From Bacteroidota bacterium (lineage in GTDB: Bacteria; Bacteroidota; Bacteroidia; Bacteroidales; FEN-979): a DNA stretch of 64,000 bases. Both the position numbers and the translations under genes were made by a program. The stretch spans positions 42,620 through 106,619 of the forward strand of contig JBAXVX010000009.1 in assembly GCA_037128705.1 (NCBI GenBank), in the 5' to 3' direction. The notes beneath the pieces were generated by a model. The model was not told the DNA's origin. It worked only from the letters and a program-made list of their open reading frames with translations, and searched no databases. Position 1 is the first letter of the stretch; each line of letters opens with the position of its first letter. Shown piece by piece: positions 26,152 to 35,758 of the stretch.

Positions 26152-26266
26152 CGCGTGACGCGTGACGGAAAAAACGTGACACGTGACGCGTGACGCGTGA
26201 CGGAAAAAAACGTGACACGTGACGCGTGACGGAAAAAAACGTGACACGTGACGCGTGACGCGTGAC
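26134..26266 (+). repeat. Higher-order tandem array: four units of A6-7 + ACGTGAC ACGTGAC GCGTGAC (GCGTGAC) GG
   Basis: Direct reading. Units start at about 26134, 26169, 26204 and 26233; the third lacks one GCGTGAC. The array fills the gap between two convergent stops at 26151 and 26271. Confidence 0.95.
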
Positions 26267-26270
26267 AAAT

Positions 26271-27386
26271 TTATTTTACTACTGTAAATTTCCTGGATGT
26301 TTGGAATGTTCCTGACTGCAGCACGCAGATATAAAGTCCAGGGGCCAGGCCATGAAAGTTGCGCCTGATTTTCATGATTTCATCTCCGGAGGATTGGCCT
26401 GCCATGGTATCTTTCAAATTCCCAAAGGAATCAAAAATGCTGAGGGTGTAGGATACCGGATGATCGTTGGCTGCCAGACTGAACCATGCAAAATCAACAG
26501 CCGGATTTGGGTAAATCTGCAATAAAACAGGCTGACCCGGTGTTTCGGGTTCGTCAATGGCATTCGGATAGATCATCGGGCTGCCTGCCTCCACCCATGC
26601 AGTATAGATCAGGCTGGCCAACGCATTTGAGGCATGGCTCATCAATTTCACAGTAAAACCTCCGGTCTTTGTCCAAAGCGTCTGATAATAGGTCTCGGAA
26701 CCTGTACCTCCGGCAATGGCTTTGGCGTAGGTATCGGCCAGCAATAAACTGTCGATGTACCGATAGTCGTCATACAGGTAATCGAAAATATATTTCCGAA
26801 CATCCGGAACAAGCTGCGCTGAATCAGCGGGATAGGTAATCTGGGCTTCATACCGGGAGATCAGGGAGGATTCGTACCTGGAGTGAATCCCGGTTTGCCC
26901 TGTCATCTGCCCGTTGTAATTGTTGGTAATATGCAGAGGCATATGGCCATCCCCGATATAATGGCCGAGGTCTGCGGCAAAAAGCATCGACCTGTTCCAG
27001 TCGCTCCGCTGAAAGCAGCTTTTAAGTGAATCATAAGTAATCAGGGTGGCCCAGGGAAGTACCCCCTCCCCGATCACAAAATTATATCCGTGTAAATCAA
27101 CCAGCGAATCATAATCCATCGAAATCCGGCCAGTCTGTATGAATTCAGTATAACTGTCAATATCAATGTAATGGCGGGGAGACTCATCGGGATCCTGGCT
27201 CTTACGATTATCGGCATCGGAGGCATGGGTCATGATAAAATTTGTCCATACGGGTTGCAGAAATGACATCCTGGCCGGCAGGCAGGCGGCAAAATTCTGG
27301 CTGATTTTCTTATGTCCCTTCGACCCCCAGGAAGAAAGCAACAGGCAAAGCATGATAAGAAAAGCGGGGTAGAAGAGTTTTTTCAT
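26271..27386 (-). CDS. S1/P1 nuclease / zinc-dependent phospholipase C superfamily protein with a T9SS C-terminal sorting domain
   Basis: A signal peptide is followed by SWGSKGHKKI (the WGxxGH N-terminus of S1/P1 enzymes), then RHYIDID and GDGHMPLHITNNYNG. The CTD reads LQIYPNPAVDFAWF..GLYICVLQSG..KFTVVK. Confidence 0.55.
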   Translation of the reverse strand: MKKLFYPAFLIMLCLLLSSWGSKGHKKISQNFAACLPARMSFLQPVWTNFIMTHASDADNRKSQDPDESPRHYIDIDSYTEFIQTGRISMDYDSLVDLHGYNFVIGEGVLPWATLITYDSLKSCFQRSDWNRSMLFAADLGHYIGDGHMPLHITNNYNGQMTGQTGIHSRYESSLISRYEAQITYPADSAQLVPDVRKYIFDYLYDDYRYIDSLLLADTYAKAIAGGTGSETYYQTLWTKTGGFTVKLMSHASNALASLIYTAWVEAGSPMIYPNAIDEPETPGQPVLLQIYPNPAVDFAWFSLAANDHPVSYTLSIFDSFGNLKDTMAGQSSGDEIMKIRRNFHGLAPGLYICVLQSGTFQTSRKFTVVK

Positions 27387-28243
27387 TCAAAGGCATTTAA
27401 GAGGTTTTGTAATTCTTCAATTTTGTCCAGGTATCCATATTGATTGTACGAAGATATCAGGCTGTTGATCAGCCGTCGGATAATGTCGGGGTTGGTGCAT
27501 GGAGAAAAAAAGGATTTCTCCGGTTTGAATTTCATCTCCCGGATAAACAATTCAATTTCACGCCGTGTGAAAACCGCACCCTTGTTAAAGGGATTGATAT
27601 AGAACAAAACATCATCTTCACCCGGGTTGCTGATCCCTGGTTCCATCAGATAGGCAAGGATGAAATGTTGCGGCAGGTTAACCCCGTATACCGGCATCCC
27701 GAGTTTCTGCGCCAGGATAATGAAGAGGATTCCCAGCGACAACGGACTTCCCTTGTGGGTTTCCAGGAAGGTGTTCACGTATGAATTCTGGGGCGCATTC
27801 ATGTCGCTTTTATTTCCGTCAAAATGATGCTGGTCGAACAGCACATGGTTAATCACCTTGACGTTTTCAAGCGCCGTAAGGTTTTCATGCAGTTCAATCC
27901 ATACATCCATCTTTAATTGTTCAACCGTGATCCTGATCTCCTCTTCATTCAGTGCCGGATATTGTGTTTGGGTAACGAGGATAAATCCCTTCAGAAGGTC
28001 GTCGGAACCGAGGTTAAGCCAGTTTACAAAATCAACGTAAAGATTTTCCTGGTTCAGTTTCCTGATGATCTCCTGGATGCGTTCCTGAACAAGGCTGTCG
28101 AAGGTATTCTCCAGCGCCTTCTCCAGCGGAGCCAGTGCATCCGGTCCGATGGAAAAAATCTGATTCCGGATCAGGCCGAAAGCAATTTCATCCGGTTCAT
28201 CCAGCAACTTGATCAATGCAGGTATGTTAGATGTTTCTGGCAA
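27383..28243 (-). CDS. SirB1/YchA-like protein (transglutaminase-like fold plus helical repeats)
   Basis: GSPLSLGILFIILAQKLGMPVYGVNLPQHFILAY is a core typical of the UPF0162/SirB1 family. Its stop overlaps the nuclease start (ATGA). Confidence 0.45.
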   Translation of the reverse strand: MPETSNIPALIKLLDEPDEIAFGLIRNQIFSIGPDALAPLEKALENTFDSLVQERIQEIIRKLNQENLYVDFVNWLNLGSDDLLKGFILVTQTQYPALNEEEIRITVEQLKMDVWIELHENLTALENVKVINHVLFDQHHFDGNKSDMNAPQNSYVNTFLETHKGSPLSLGILFIILAQKLGMPVYGVNLPQHFILAYLMEPGISNPGEDDVLFYINPFNKGAVFTRREIELFIREMKFKPEKSFFSPCTNPDIIRRLINSLISSYNQYGYLDKIEELQNLLNAFE

Positions 28244-28291
28244 TGTTCTGGAGTGTAGGTTAGAGGATGATGCGAATAATGAATGCTTCCG

Positions 28292-29164
28292 TTATGTCGT
28301 TAATTTATTGAGTACAAGTGTGATCAGCTCCATCACGATTTTTTTATGATCCTGATTGTAATCACCGGTAGCCCTGTTGGCAATCAGGGTGCAGATGGTG
28401 ACCATTTCGTGCCCCATAAGTGCGCCAAGTCCATACAATGCCGAGGTTTCCATCTCAAAGTTCACAATGCGGTGCCCTTCATACCTGAAACTTTGCAGCT
28501 TTTTTATCATGTCGGGGTCGGCGAGCGGCAGCCTGAGAAAACGTCCCTGGGGGCCATAAAACCCGGGTGCAGTAGCTGTGATACCTGCCACAGAATAGGG
28601 TCTGAAAAGATCGATCAGCCTGTCGGAACCCTTGATAAAATAGGGTCTCGAAAGATCCCTGGGCCACGAAGCATGGGCGGCAAAGGCGGCGGTCATCTCC
28701 TGGTCAATGATTCCCGAGGCTCCTTTGTAAAAATGGAGCAGGTTATCCAACCCCAGGGCGTAGGTGGATAAACCAAAGGTGTTGACAGGCACATCGGCCT
28801 GAATGGAGCCGGAGGTACCGATTCGAACGATGCTCAGCGAACGCAGCGCCGGTTTCTGCGTCCTGGTTTGCAGATCGAAATTGGCCAGAGCATCGAGTTC
28901 ATGCATGACGATATCGCAGTTGTCGGTTCCAATACCTGTTGACAATGCGGTGATCCGCTTCCCGTTGTAATAACCGGTGTGGGATATAAATTCACGGTTG
29001 GAGGCACGGTGGTCGATCGCTGTAAAATGGTCTGAAATTTCATGAACCCGCTGAGGATCTCCGACAACAATCACAGTATCAGCGAGGTCTTCAGGCCTCA
29101 TGCAAATATGGTAAACACTTCCGTCAGGATTTATGATCAGGTCAGGTTCTGCGAGTGAGGGCAT
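28292..29164 (-). CDS. Nucleoside phosphorylase (PNP/UDP family 1)
   Basis: IVRIGTSGSIQ and NFEMETSALYGL motifs; 290 aa. Confidence 0.75.
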   Translation of the reverse strand: MPSLAEPDLIINPDGSVYHICMRPEDLADTVIVVGDPQRVHEISDHFTAIDHRASNREFISHTGYYNGKRITALSTGIGTDNCDIVMHELDALANFDLQTRTQKPALRSLSIVRIGTSGSIQADVPVNTFGLSTYALGLDNLLHFYKGASGIIDQEMTAAFAAHASWPRDLSRPYFIKGSDRLIDLFRPYSVAGITATAPGFYGPQGRFLRLPLADPDMIKKLQSFRYEGHRIVNFEMETSALYGLGALMGHEMVTICTLIANRATGDYNQDHKKIVMELITLVLNKLTT

Positions 29165-29178
29165 GGTTCAATTTTTTA

Positions 29179-29186
29179 CAAAAGTA
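29179..29186 (-). promoter_or_regulatory. Candidate -7 box TACTTTTG upstream of the nucleoside phosphorylase operon
   Basis: The plus strand reads caaaagta, 15 nt upstream of the ATG at 29164. Confidence 0.35.
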
Positions 29187-29357
29187 CTAAATAACCCGAT
29201 CACCGGCCCTGATCCATTACATCAAAATCATTCATCTCCTCCGCTTATTTTCATTAACTTTACACCATGGATATTTGGATCATCATCCGCAGGGATAAAG
29301 ACATTACCTGAAATCAATACTGCAAGGGTGACTGATAAACAATTCAGAATTGGTTAA

Positions 29358-30041
29358 ATGAAAATCCTGCTTATCGAAGATGAAAAAGAACTTTCACGTT
29401 CTATTTCGGAATATCTGCAGAAAGAGAATTACCGCTGCCAGGCCGTCTATAAATACGAGGATGCCATAGAAAAAATCAACCTCTACCAGTATGATTGTAT
29501 CATCGTCGACATCAACCTGCCGGATGGAAGCGGACTGAATGTGATCCGGTCACTGAAGAAAAACAAATCGGAAGCAGGCATCATCGTGATATCAGCAAAA
29601 AATTCACTGGATGATAAAGTGACGGGCCTTGAAATCGGGGCCGATGACTACCTGACCAAACCATTTCATTTGCCCGAACTCAATGCACGCATCAAATCCA
29701 TCATCCGCCGGCGTAGTTTTGGCGGGGAAAACGAAATCGCATTTAATGAAATATTGATCCTCCCTGAGAAGATGGAGGTTACGGTAAACAGACATCCCCT
29801 GGTATTGACAAAAAAAGAGTATGACCTGCTGATCTTTTTTATTTCGAACAAAGACCGGCTGCTGACCAAGGAGGCCATCGCGGAGCACCTCTGGGGTGAT
29901 GACATGGATATGGCCGATTCATTCGATTTCATCTATACCCATATTAAAAATCTCCGGAAGAAGATCATCGAAAAAGAGGGAGAGGATTATATTCAAACCA
30001 TCTATGGCATGGGATATAAATTTTCGGCCGTTGCCGTTTAA
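29358..30041 (+). CDS. OmpR-family response regulator
   Basis: Receiver domain MKILLIEDE..DCIIVDINLPDGSG and a winged-helix C-terminus ending YGMGYKF. Confidence 0.9.
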   Translation: MKILLIEDEKELSRSISEYLQKENYRCQAVYKYEDAIEKINLYQYDCIIVDINLPDGSGLNVIRSLKKNKSEAGIIVISAKNSLDDKVTGLEIGADDYLTKPFHLPELNARIKSIIRRRSFGGENEIAFNEILILPEKMEVTVNRHPLVLTKKEYDLLIFFISNKDRLLTKEAIAEHLWGDDMDMADSFDFIYTHIKNLRKKIIEKEGEDYIQTIYGMGYKFSAVAV

Positions 30042-30052
30042 ATGATGAACCA

Positions 30053-31315
30053 GTGAAACTTTTAACCAAAACATCAGGTGCCTATATTCTGGTTTCGGTG
30101 ACCGTTTTTATCATCGCGGGATTTATTTTTTTTCATCTCCTGCATAAAATATTTTATAATCAGATCGATGAACGGCTGATTGAAGAGAAAATGCTGATCG
30201 AACAAACCATCAGTGAGTCCGACACGGTGCCTGATTTCCATTCGGTATTCGGCCATCTGATCAATATCACCCTCCTGAAAAGTCCGAAAAAAAAGTTCGA
30301 ATCCATTACCGATACACTGATGTACGATCGCGAACAGGGTCAGTTCGGACAATTCCGGCACCTCTTTGTTCAAAATAAATCGCTCCTGAATCAAGGTTAT
30401 ACGATTAACATTTACAAGTCTTTGCGCGAATCGGAGAATCTGATCGCGGAGATCCTGATCTCGGTAACCCTGATTTTCATCACCCTGCTGTTCCTTCTGG
30501 TACTGGTAAATTACTTTATTGCCCGGCGTGTCTGGATCCCCTTCTACAGGATCCTCAGCAACCTGAACCAGTATGACATCAACCAGGAGCATCCGCTTCA
30601 GCTGACACAAACCGACATCCATGAATTCATCCTCCTGAACAAGGCTCTTGAAAAGATGTCAGGTAAAATCAGACAGGATTTTCTAAACCTGAAGGAATTC
30701 AATGAAATTGCAGCCCATGAATTGCAGACACCCCTGGCCATTATCAAATTAAAACTCGAGTTGCTTATCCAGAAGGAGAACCTGGATGAACATCAGCTCC
30801 AGCTGATAAGTTCTGTTTTTGAAGCCACGACGCGGATGTCGAAACTCAACCAGGGGTTGCTTCTGATCTCCAAGATCGAGAACAATCAATTCTACCAGAA
30901 TGAGGCCATTGACCTGGTGCAGATCCTGGATAAGACACTGCTGCATTTTGAAGAGATGATCGACCACCGTGAAATTACTTTAACAAAAGACTATTCCGAA
31001 AAGCCCACGCTGGTCATGAACCGCATGCTGGCAGAAATTTTAATAACCAACCTCCTCTCCAATGCCATCCGTCACAATATCCACCAGGGACATATCGACA
31101 TTATTGTACGATCCGGCGCGTTAACAATTTCCAATAAAGGTCAGATCCTGAAAACTGATCCCCAGAATCTTTTTGAAAGATTCAGAAAATCGGAGCACCA
31201 CAGCGATTCGGTTGGCCTTGGACTTTCGATCGTTCAGAAAATTGTAAACCTTTACCACATGAAGGTGGAGTATTTTTATGGTAATTCGGTTCACACGCTG
31301 AAAATTTCTTTTTAA
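30053..31315 (+). CDS. Sensor histidine kinase (two TM segments, HisKA and HATPase_c domains)
   Basis: H-box AAHELQTPLA, N-box LLSNAIRHN and G-box GLGLSIVQ. The start is a GTG. Confidence 0.85.
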   Translation: MKLLTKTSGAYILVSVTVFIIAGFIFFHLLHKIFYNQIDERLIEEKMLIEQTISESDTVPDFHSVFGHLINITLLKSPKKKFESITDTLMYDREQGQFGQFRHLFVQNKSLLNQGYTINIYKSLRESENLIAEILISVTLIFITLLFLLVLVNYFIARRVWIPFYRILSNLNQYDINQEHPLQLTQTDIHEFILLNKALEKMSGKIRQDFLNLKEFNEIAAHELQTPLAIIKLKLELLIQKENLDEHQLQLISSVFEATTRMSKLNQGLLLISKIENNQFYQNEAIDLVQILDKTLLHFEEMIDHREITLTKDYSEKPTLVMNRMLAEILITNLLSNAIRHNIHQGHIDIIVRSGALTISNKGQILKTDPQNLFERFRKSEHHSDSVGLGLSIVQKIVNLYHMKVEYFYGNSVHTLKISF

Positions 31316-31447
31316 AATCTCCCATCTACAGAATTTCAACAGAATCTGGAGGCAACTTTGCCATGTCAAATTTAATTTCTCCTGAAAAACCAGGGAAATC
31401 AAACAGAAAAGACATTCAATTAAAGTTTAACCTAAAAACCAACAACA

Positions 31448-31666
31448 ATGAAAAAAGTAATGTTAGTTGCCCTTGCAGCCATGTTTAGCGTAGCCATGTT
31501 TGCTCAGACCCAGGAAAAAGCTAAACCTGTTGAAAAGAAAAAGGAGCCGGCAAAAACCGAGGCAGTTAAACCTGCCAAAGAAACAGCTAAACCTGCTACC
31601 AAAGAAGAAGGCAAGCCAGTAGCTCAGCCAGCCGAAAAGAAGAGCACAGAAAAACCAAAAAAATAA
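31448..31666 (+). CDS. Small secreted Lys/Pro/Glu-rich low-complexity protein, 72 aa
   Basis: Signal peptide MKKVMLVALAAMFSVAMFAQ, then KP/EK-rich repeats. A strong terminator follows. Confidence 0.5.
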   Translation: MKKVMLVALAAMFSVAMFAQTQEKAKPVEKKKEPAKTEAVKPAKETAKPATKEEGKPVAQPAEKKSTEKPKK

Positions 31667-31690
31667 TCCAGCTTGTGTTCATATTGAAAA

Positions 31691-31720
31691 GGGTTGGCCA
31701 TTTGGCCGGCCCTTTTTTTT
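31691..31720 (+). terminator. Rho-independent terminator after the 72-aa gene
   Basis: GGGTTGGCC-attt-GGCCGGCCC forms a 9-bp stem with two G.U pairs, followed by a T8 run. Confidence 0.75.
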
Positions 31721-31753
31721 GTCACGCGTCACGCGTCCCGAGTCACGTTTTTT
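31721..31753 (-). repeat. Heptad module in minus orientation: A6 ACGTGAC TCGGGAC GCGTGAC GCGTGAC
   Basis: The plus strand reads gtcacgc gtcacgc gtcccga gtcacgt tttttt. It encodes the RND tail NVTRDA and its TGA stop (31729-31731). Confidence 0.9.
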
Positions 31754-34700
31754 ATCACTTTGGAGATAGAAATCCACCTCAGCAGGGAGGGGAAAACAAA
31801 GAGCAGCAAAGGCATGGCCATCACAAATCCTCCGATTACGGCAATGGCCAGGGGTTGCTGCATTTGCGCCCCAACGCCTATCCCGAGGGCCAGCGGCGAT
31901 AATGCCAGGATGGCACCAATGGCTGTCATAAGTTTGGGGCGGATCCGCAGGGAGATGGCATACCGGATGGATGCATCCACATTGCCCTTGGATGAAAGCA
32001 TATTCACCCTGAACTGATTGACGGTGAAAATGGCATTTTCTGCGATGATCCCGACAATCATGATGATCCCGGTATAGCTGCCAACATTGAGCTGAATTCC
32101 GGTTAGAAAAAGTGCCCAAATGCAACCGGCCGTTCCCATGATGGAGATGAATATGATCAGGAGTGAGATCCGGAAATCACGGAAAAGAAAGAGAAGGACG
32201 GAAAACACCAGGACGACGGCCGACAGCAAAATCATAAGCAACTCCCTGAATGAGGACTGCTGCTGCGCCCAGGTACCGCCGTACACGATGTAATAACCGG
32301 GAGGCAGCATCAGTTTCTGATCAAGCGTTTGTTCAATATCCCTGATTGCTCCGCCCAGATCACGGTTTTCGAGACGCGCAGTCACCACAATGTTCGATTT
32401 GAGATCTTCGCGTGTGATATCCGGTGTTCCTTTTGAAAGATCAGCCCTGGCAAAATCCTTCAGTCGCCGGAATGAACCATCCGGCGTAAAGATGGGCTGG
32501 GAAAGTATCTTTTCAAGTGAATTTTCCTTAAAACTTGTAAACCGCAAAAGTATGTGCAGCATCTGTTCGCCCGACTGCACCTCGCCAACCTGCACGCCTT
32601 CATTGCAGGCCTTCAGCTGGGTTTGAAGGTCGGCGGCGGTGAGATGGAATTGCGCCAGTTTGGCCTCATCGGGAATGATGGAAATGGCCGGGCCTTCAAC
32701 GATAATCCCATTTTTCAGGTCAGCCACCCCCCTGACCTTCTCAAGGAGACCCTGTGCCCGCTTCGCCAGGGTTTCGAGGATTGCTTTATCATCTCCGAAA
32801 ATTTTTATCTCGATCGGTTCCGGCCGCCCGATCAAATCACCCAGCAGGTCGGCGATTCTTTGCCCGAACTCGATGGTCAGCGCGGGTTCCTGTGCGGAGA
32901 TCTTACCCCTGAGCTCGGAGATCACCTCTTCGGTTGACCGGTTGATCCCCGGCCTGAGCTGAATCAGGTAATCACCTTCGTTGGGAGGAATCACCCCGCT
33001 GGCCATGCTGATGCTCGAACTCATGTTGGTGCCCGTTCGCCGCATGTAGGTCGCGACATCAGGGTGATGCATGACCAGGGTGTCGACCCTGCGCAGCATG
33101 GCATCGGAGGCATCGAGCGAGGTGCCCGGAGGAGTAAGGTAATCGAGGACAATGGTTCCTTCGTCCAGGACCGGGAGGAAGCCTGTATTTAATTTCGGAA
33201 TCAGGAACAGGCCGCTTCCGGCAAGGATGACAATGAAACCCAGTGCAAACGCCGGTTTATCAAAGAACCAGATCAGCCAGCCGAGGTGTTTCCCTTTATG
33301 TTTTTCTTCCTGGTTCTGCGTGCTTTTGCGGTGTTTGTAGCCAAGCGCCAGGTGCAAAGCCGGCAACCCAAGCCAGGTAGTGATGAAACTGCAAACCAGG
33401 GTGATTTCCATAGTCGTCGTCAGTTCAGTAAAGAAACTTCCGGCAATGCCGCTCATCAGTACAAATGGAAAGAAAATGACGATGGTACTCAGAGATGACC
33501 CGACCATGGCCGGGAACAGCATCCTGATGGTATCCCTGACCACCGTTTGCAGATCTTTGTCAGGGTTCTCCTCATGGCCCCGGTGGATTTGTTCAATCAC
33601 CACGATGGCATCGTCGATGATCAGCCCGATGGATGCCGCAATGGCACCGAGCGACATGATGTTGAGGGTGATCCCGGCAAAATAGAGAACGGTCAGGGTC
33701 AGGGCCAGGGTAACCGGAATGATGATGATCACGTTCAGACTTGCCCTGAACGAACGAAGGAAAAGCACCACCACGAGCAATGCCAGTACCAGGCCTTCAA
33801 AGATGGCGCGGAGCACGCTGTTAATGGACTCGTTCACAAACAATGCCTGATTGTAATAGGGTTTCAGGATCATCCCCGGTGGAAGCTGTTTCTGAATCTC
33901 CTTTTCCTTTTCCAGCACCCTGTCAACAAAATCGACCAGGTTAGCTCCCTTTTGTTTTACAATATCAAGGATCACCGCTTCACGTCCGTTTGCATTGATG
34001 CGGATAAATTCCTGCTGTTCCTGGAAGTCAACACCAGCCAGATCGCCCAGGCGGATGATCCGGTTCCGGTCGTTCCTGATCACTACATTGCGCAAATCCT
34101 CCAGGGAACTGATCCGGCTGTCGGTCACTGAAAGGTACAGCCTGCGGTAATCGGAAAGCAATCCATTGGATTCGATAAAATTTGTACTTCCCAGGACGTC
34201 AATCAGGTTTTGCGGAGTAAGACCAAGCTGGATCATCTTCATTGCATCGGGCGTGATCACAAATTCTTTGGTCTTGCCTCCCCTGACAACCACATTGGAG
34301 ATGCCCGGAATTTCAGAGAAGCGGGGTCGTGCGAAGAACATGGCGACATTTCGCATCTCCACCTGTCCGTATTTTTCACTCTCCAGCGTATACCCGATCA
34401 CCGGGTATATATTCTGACTCATGGCCTCGATGGTGAGGTTGGTGGTTGAAGGGAGGGTGTTTTTGATCTCATTGATCCGTGCCTCCAGCTGCATCCGGGC
34501 GACATTGATATCGGTATTCCATTGAAAAAAGGCCTCGATGGTACAACTTCCCCGGTTTGTTGAACTACGCACCGTTTCAATGCCATTGACTCTTTTTACG
34601 GCGATTTCCAGCGGCCTGGTCACTGTGATCAGCATTTTATCAATGGGCTGTTCCCCGTTATCCGCGATGATCCGGATTTTAGGAAACACCACGTCCGGGA

Positions 34701-34842
34701 ACAGCAGGGTTTCCATGTTCCTGTATGCGAATCCACCAAGAATGAGCACCGCCAGTAAAACGAAGATGACCGGTTTGGTGTACCTGCCGTAAAGATCCTG
34801 GTTCAATATCCTTCCATTCATCGGATGATCCTGATTATTCAT
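31729..34842 (-). CDS. RND efflux transporter permease (AcrB/CzcA superfamily)
   Basis: The product is about 1037 aa with typical 12-TM RND architecture. The likely start is ATG 34842 (MNNQDHPMNGRIL), which overlaps the MFP stop by 8 nt. The track ORF start at 34914 lies inside the MFP gene. Confidence 0.88.
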   Translation of the reverse strand: MNNQDHPMNGRILNQDLYGRYTKPVIFVLLAVLILGGFAYRNMETLLFPDVVFPKIRIIADNGEQPIDKMLITVTRPLEIAVKRVNGIETVRSSTNRGSCTIEAFFQWNTDINVARMQLEARINEIKNTLPSTTNLTIEAMSQNIYPVIGYTLESEKYGQVEMRNVAMFFARPRFSEIPGISNVVVRGGKTKEFVITPDAMKMIQLGLTPQNLIDVLGSTNFIESNGLLSDYRRLYLSVTDSRISSLEDLRNVVIRNDRNRIIRLGDLAGVDFQEQQEFIRINANGREAVILDIVKQKGANLVDFVDRVLEKEKEIQKQLPPGMILKPYYNQALFVNESINSVLRAIFEGLVLALLVVVLFLRSFRASLNVIIIIPVTLALTLTVLYFAGITLNIMSLGAIAASIGLIIDDAIVVIEQIHRGHEENPDKDLQTVVRDTIRMLFPAMVGSSLSTIVIFFPFVLMSGIAGSFFTELTTTMEITLVCSFITTWLGLPALHLALGYKHRKSTQNQEEKHKGKHLGWLIWFFDKPAFALGFIVILAGSGLFLIPKLNTGFLPVLDEGTIVLDYLTPPGTSLDASDAMLRRVDTLVMHHPDVATYMRRTGTNMSSSISMASGVIPPNEGDYLIQLRPGINRSTEEVISELRGKISAQEPALTIEFGQRIADLLGDLIGRPEPIEIKIFGDDKAILETLAKRAQGLLEKVRGVADLKNGIIVEGPAISIIPDEAKLAQFHLTAADLQTQLKACNEGVQVGEVQSGEQMLHILLRFTSFKENSLEKILSQPIFTPDGSFRRLKDFARADLSKGTPDITREDLKSNIVVTARLENRDLGGAIRDIEQTLDQKLMLPPGYYIVYGGTWAQQQSSFRELLMILLSAVVLVFSVLLFLFRDFRISLLIIFISIMGTAGCIWALFLTGIQLNVGSYTGIIMIVGIIAENAIFTVNQFRVNMLSSKGNVDASIRYAISLRIRPKLMTAIGAILALSPLALGIGVGAQMQQPLAIAVIGGFVMAMPLLLFVFPSLLRWISISKVIKNVTRDA

Positions 34843-35758
34843 GATTGATGATTCTGACCATGGTGGTGTCGCCCAGACCCCAGTTTCCGCCGGTAAGGAT
34901 ACGGTCGCCGGCACCCAATACAGGGGAGGTCACCTCGATGCTGTCGGCGCTCCTGATTCCCAGTTCAACCGGTATTTTTATGGCGATGGAATCGCTGACC
35001 AGCTTCAGCACCCAGAAATTTTTCATGATCTCATCATTCAAAATACAACTCTTCGGCAGGATCACCGCCCCGGCTTTCGCATTCCGGACAATGCTGACTT
35101 TGGCCACCAGGTTTTCGGGGATGTCAATGCCGGTAAGCGGCTGCAAAACCACGCGTTGCGTTTGGGAAGCCCCCGACATGGAGGGCAGGATTGATTTAAC
35201 GGTCGCGTTAACCTGTGAATTATCCGGGAGTACCAGTTTGCACGACTGGCCTGTTCGGATCCTGCTTTTCAGCTCAAACGGGACATCCAGGAGAAACACC
35301 ATGCTTCCCGGGACAACCAGGGTTGCCAGTGCATCTCCCTCCAGAACATAATCTCCCTGCGGATGATCGATCGTGGCGACCACACCGTTCATGGAGGCCT
35401 TCATCATCACAATCCCGTTAAAGTTCAATGAGACCAGGCTGTCCTGCTGCAGTGCTGTTGCCTCCTTCGTGCGAAGCTGGAACAGCAGCTGGTTTTTCAC
35501 GACCCGGTCACCGGCTGAAACCACACATTTCTCAATATACCCGGCAATGGGAGATTTTACAACAGCCTTGAGCAGGAAGGCGGATGTCGCCATCAGTTCA
35601 GTGTATTCAACCATTTTCCCGATGCGGGGTGAAGTTACCGTTACCGGAACAACTGCCCTGACCTCCCTTTCACTCTGGTCGGGGTTGCTTTTGCAGGAAA
35701 TGAAGATGGAGAGGCCTGCCACCCCGGTCAGTAATAATATCAATGCCCTGTTGATCAT
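34835..35758 (-). CDS. RND efflux periplasmic adaptor (membrane fusion protein)
   Basis: Lipoprotein signal LLLTGVAGLSIFISC. An ATGA overlap links it to the upstream tolC-like gene. The size is typical of the HlyD/MFP family. Confidence 0.8.
   Translation of the reverse strand: MINRALILLLTGVAGLSIFISCKSNPDQSEREVRAVVPVTVTSPRIGKMVEYTELMATSAFLLKAVVKSPIAGYIEKCVVSAGDRVVKNQLLFQLRTKEATALQQDSLVSLNFNGIVMMKASMNGVVATIDHPQGDYVLEGDALATLVVPGSMVFLLDVPFELKSRIRTGQSCKLVLPDNSQVNATVKSILPSMSGASQTQRVVLQPLTGIDIPENLVAKVSIVRNAKAGAVILPKSCILNDEIMKNFWVLKLVSDSIAIKIPVELGIRSADSIEVTSPVLGAGDRILTGGNWGLGDTTMVRIINHE

Noticed and set aside
26134-26266. The regularly spaced repeats could have been a small CRISPR array.
   Set aside because: The apparent spacers are only A6-7/GG linkers. 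The units are about 29-35 bp with internal 7-bp periodicity. There are no unique spacers, no leader, and no cas genes in the window.
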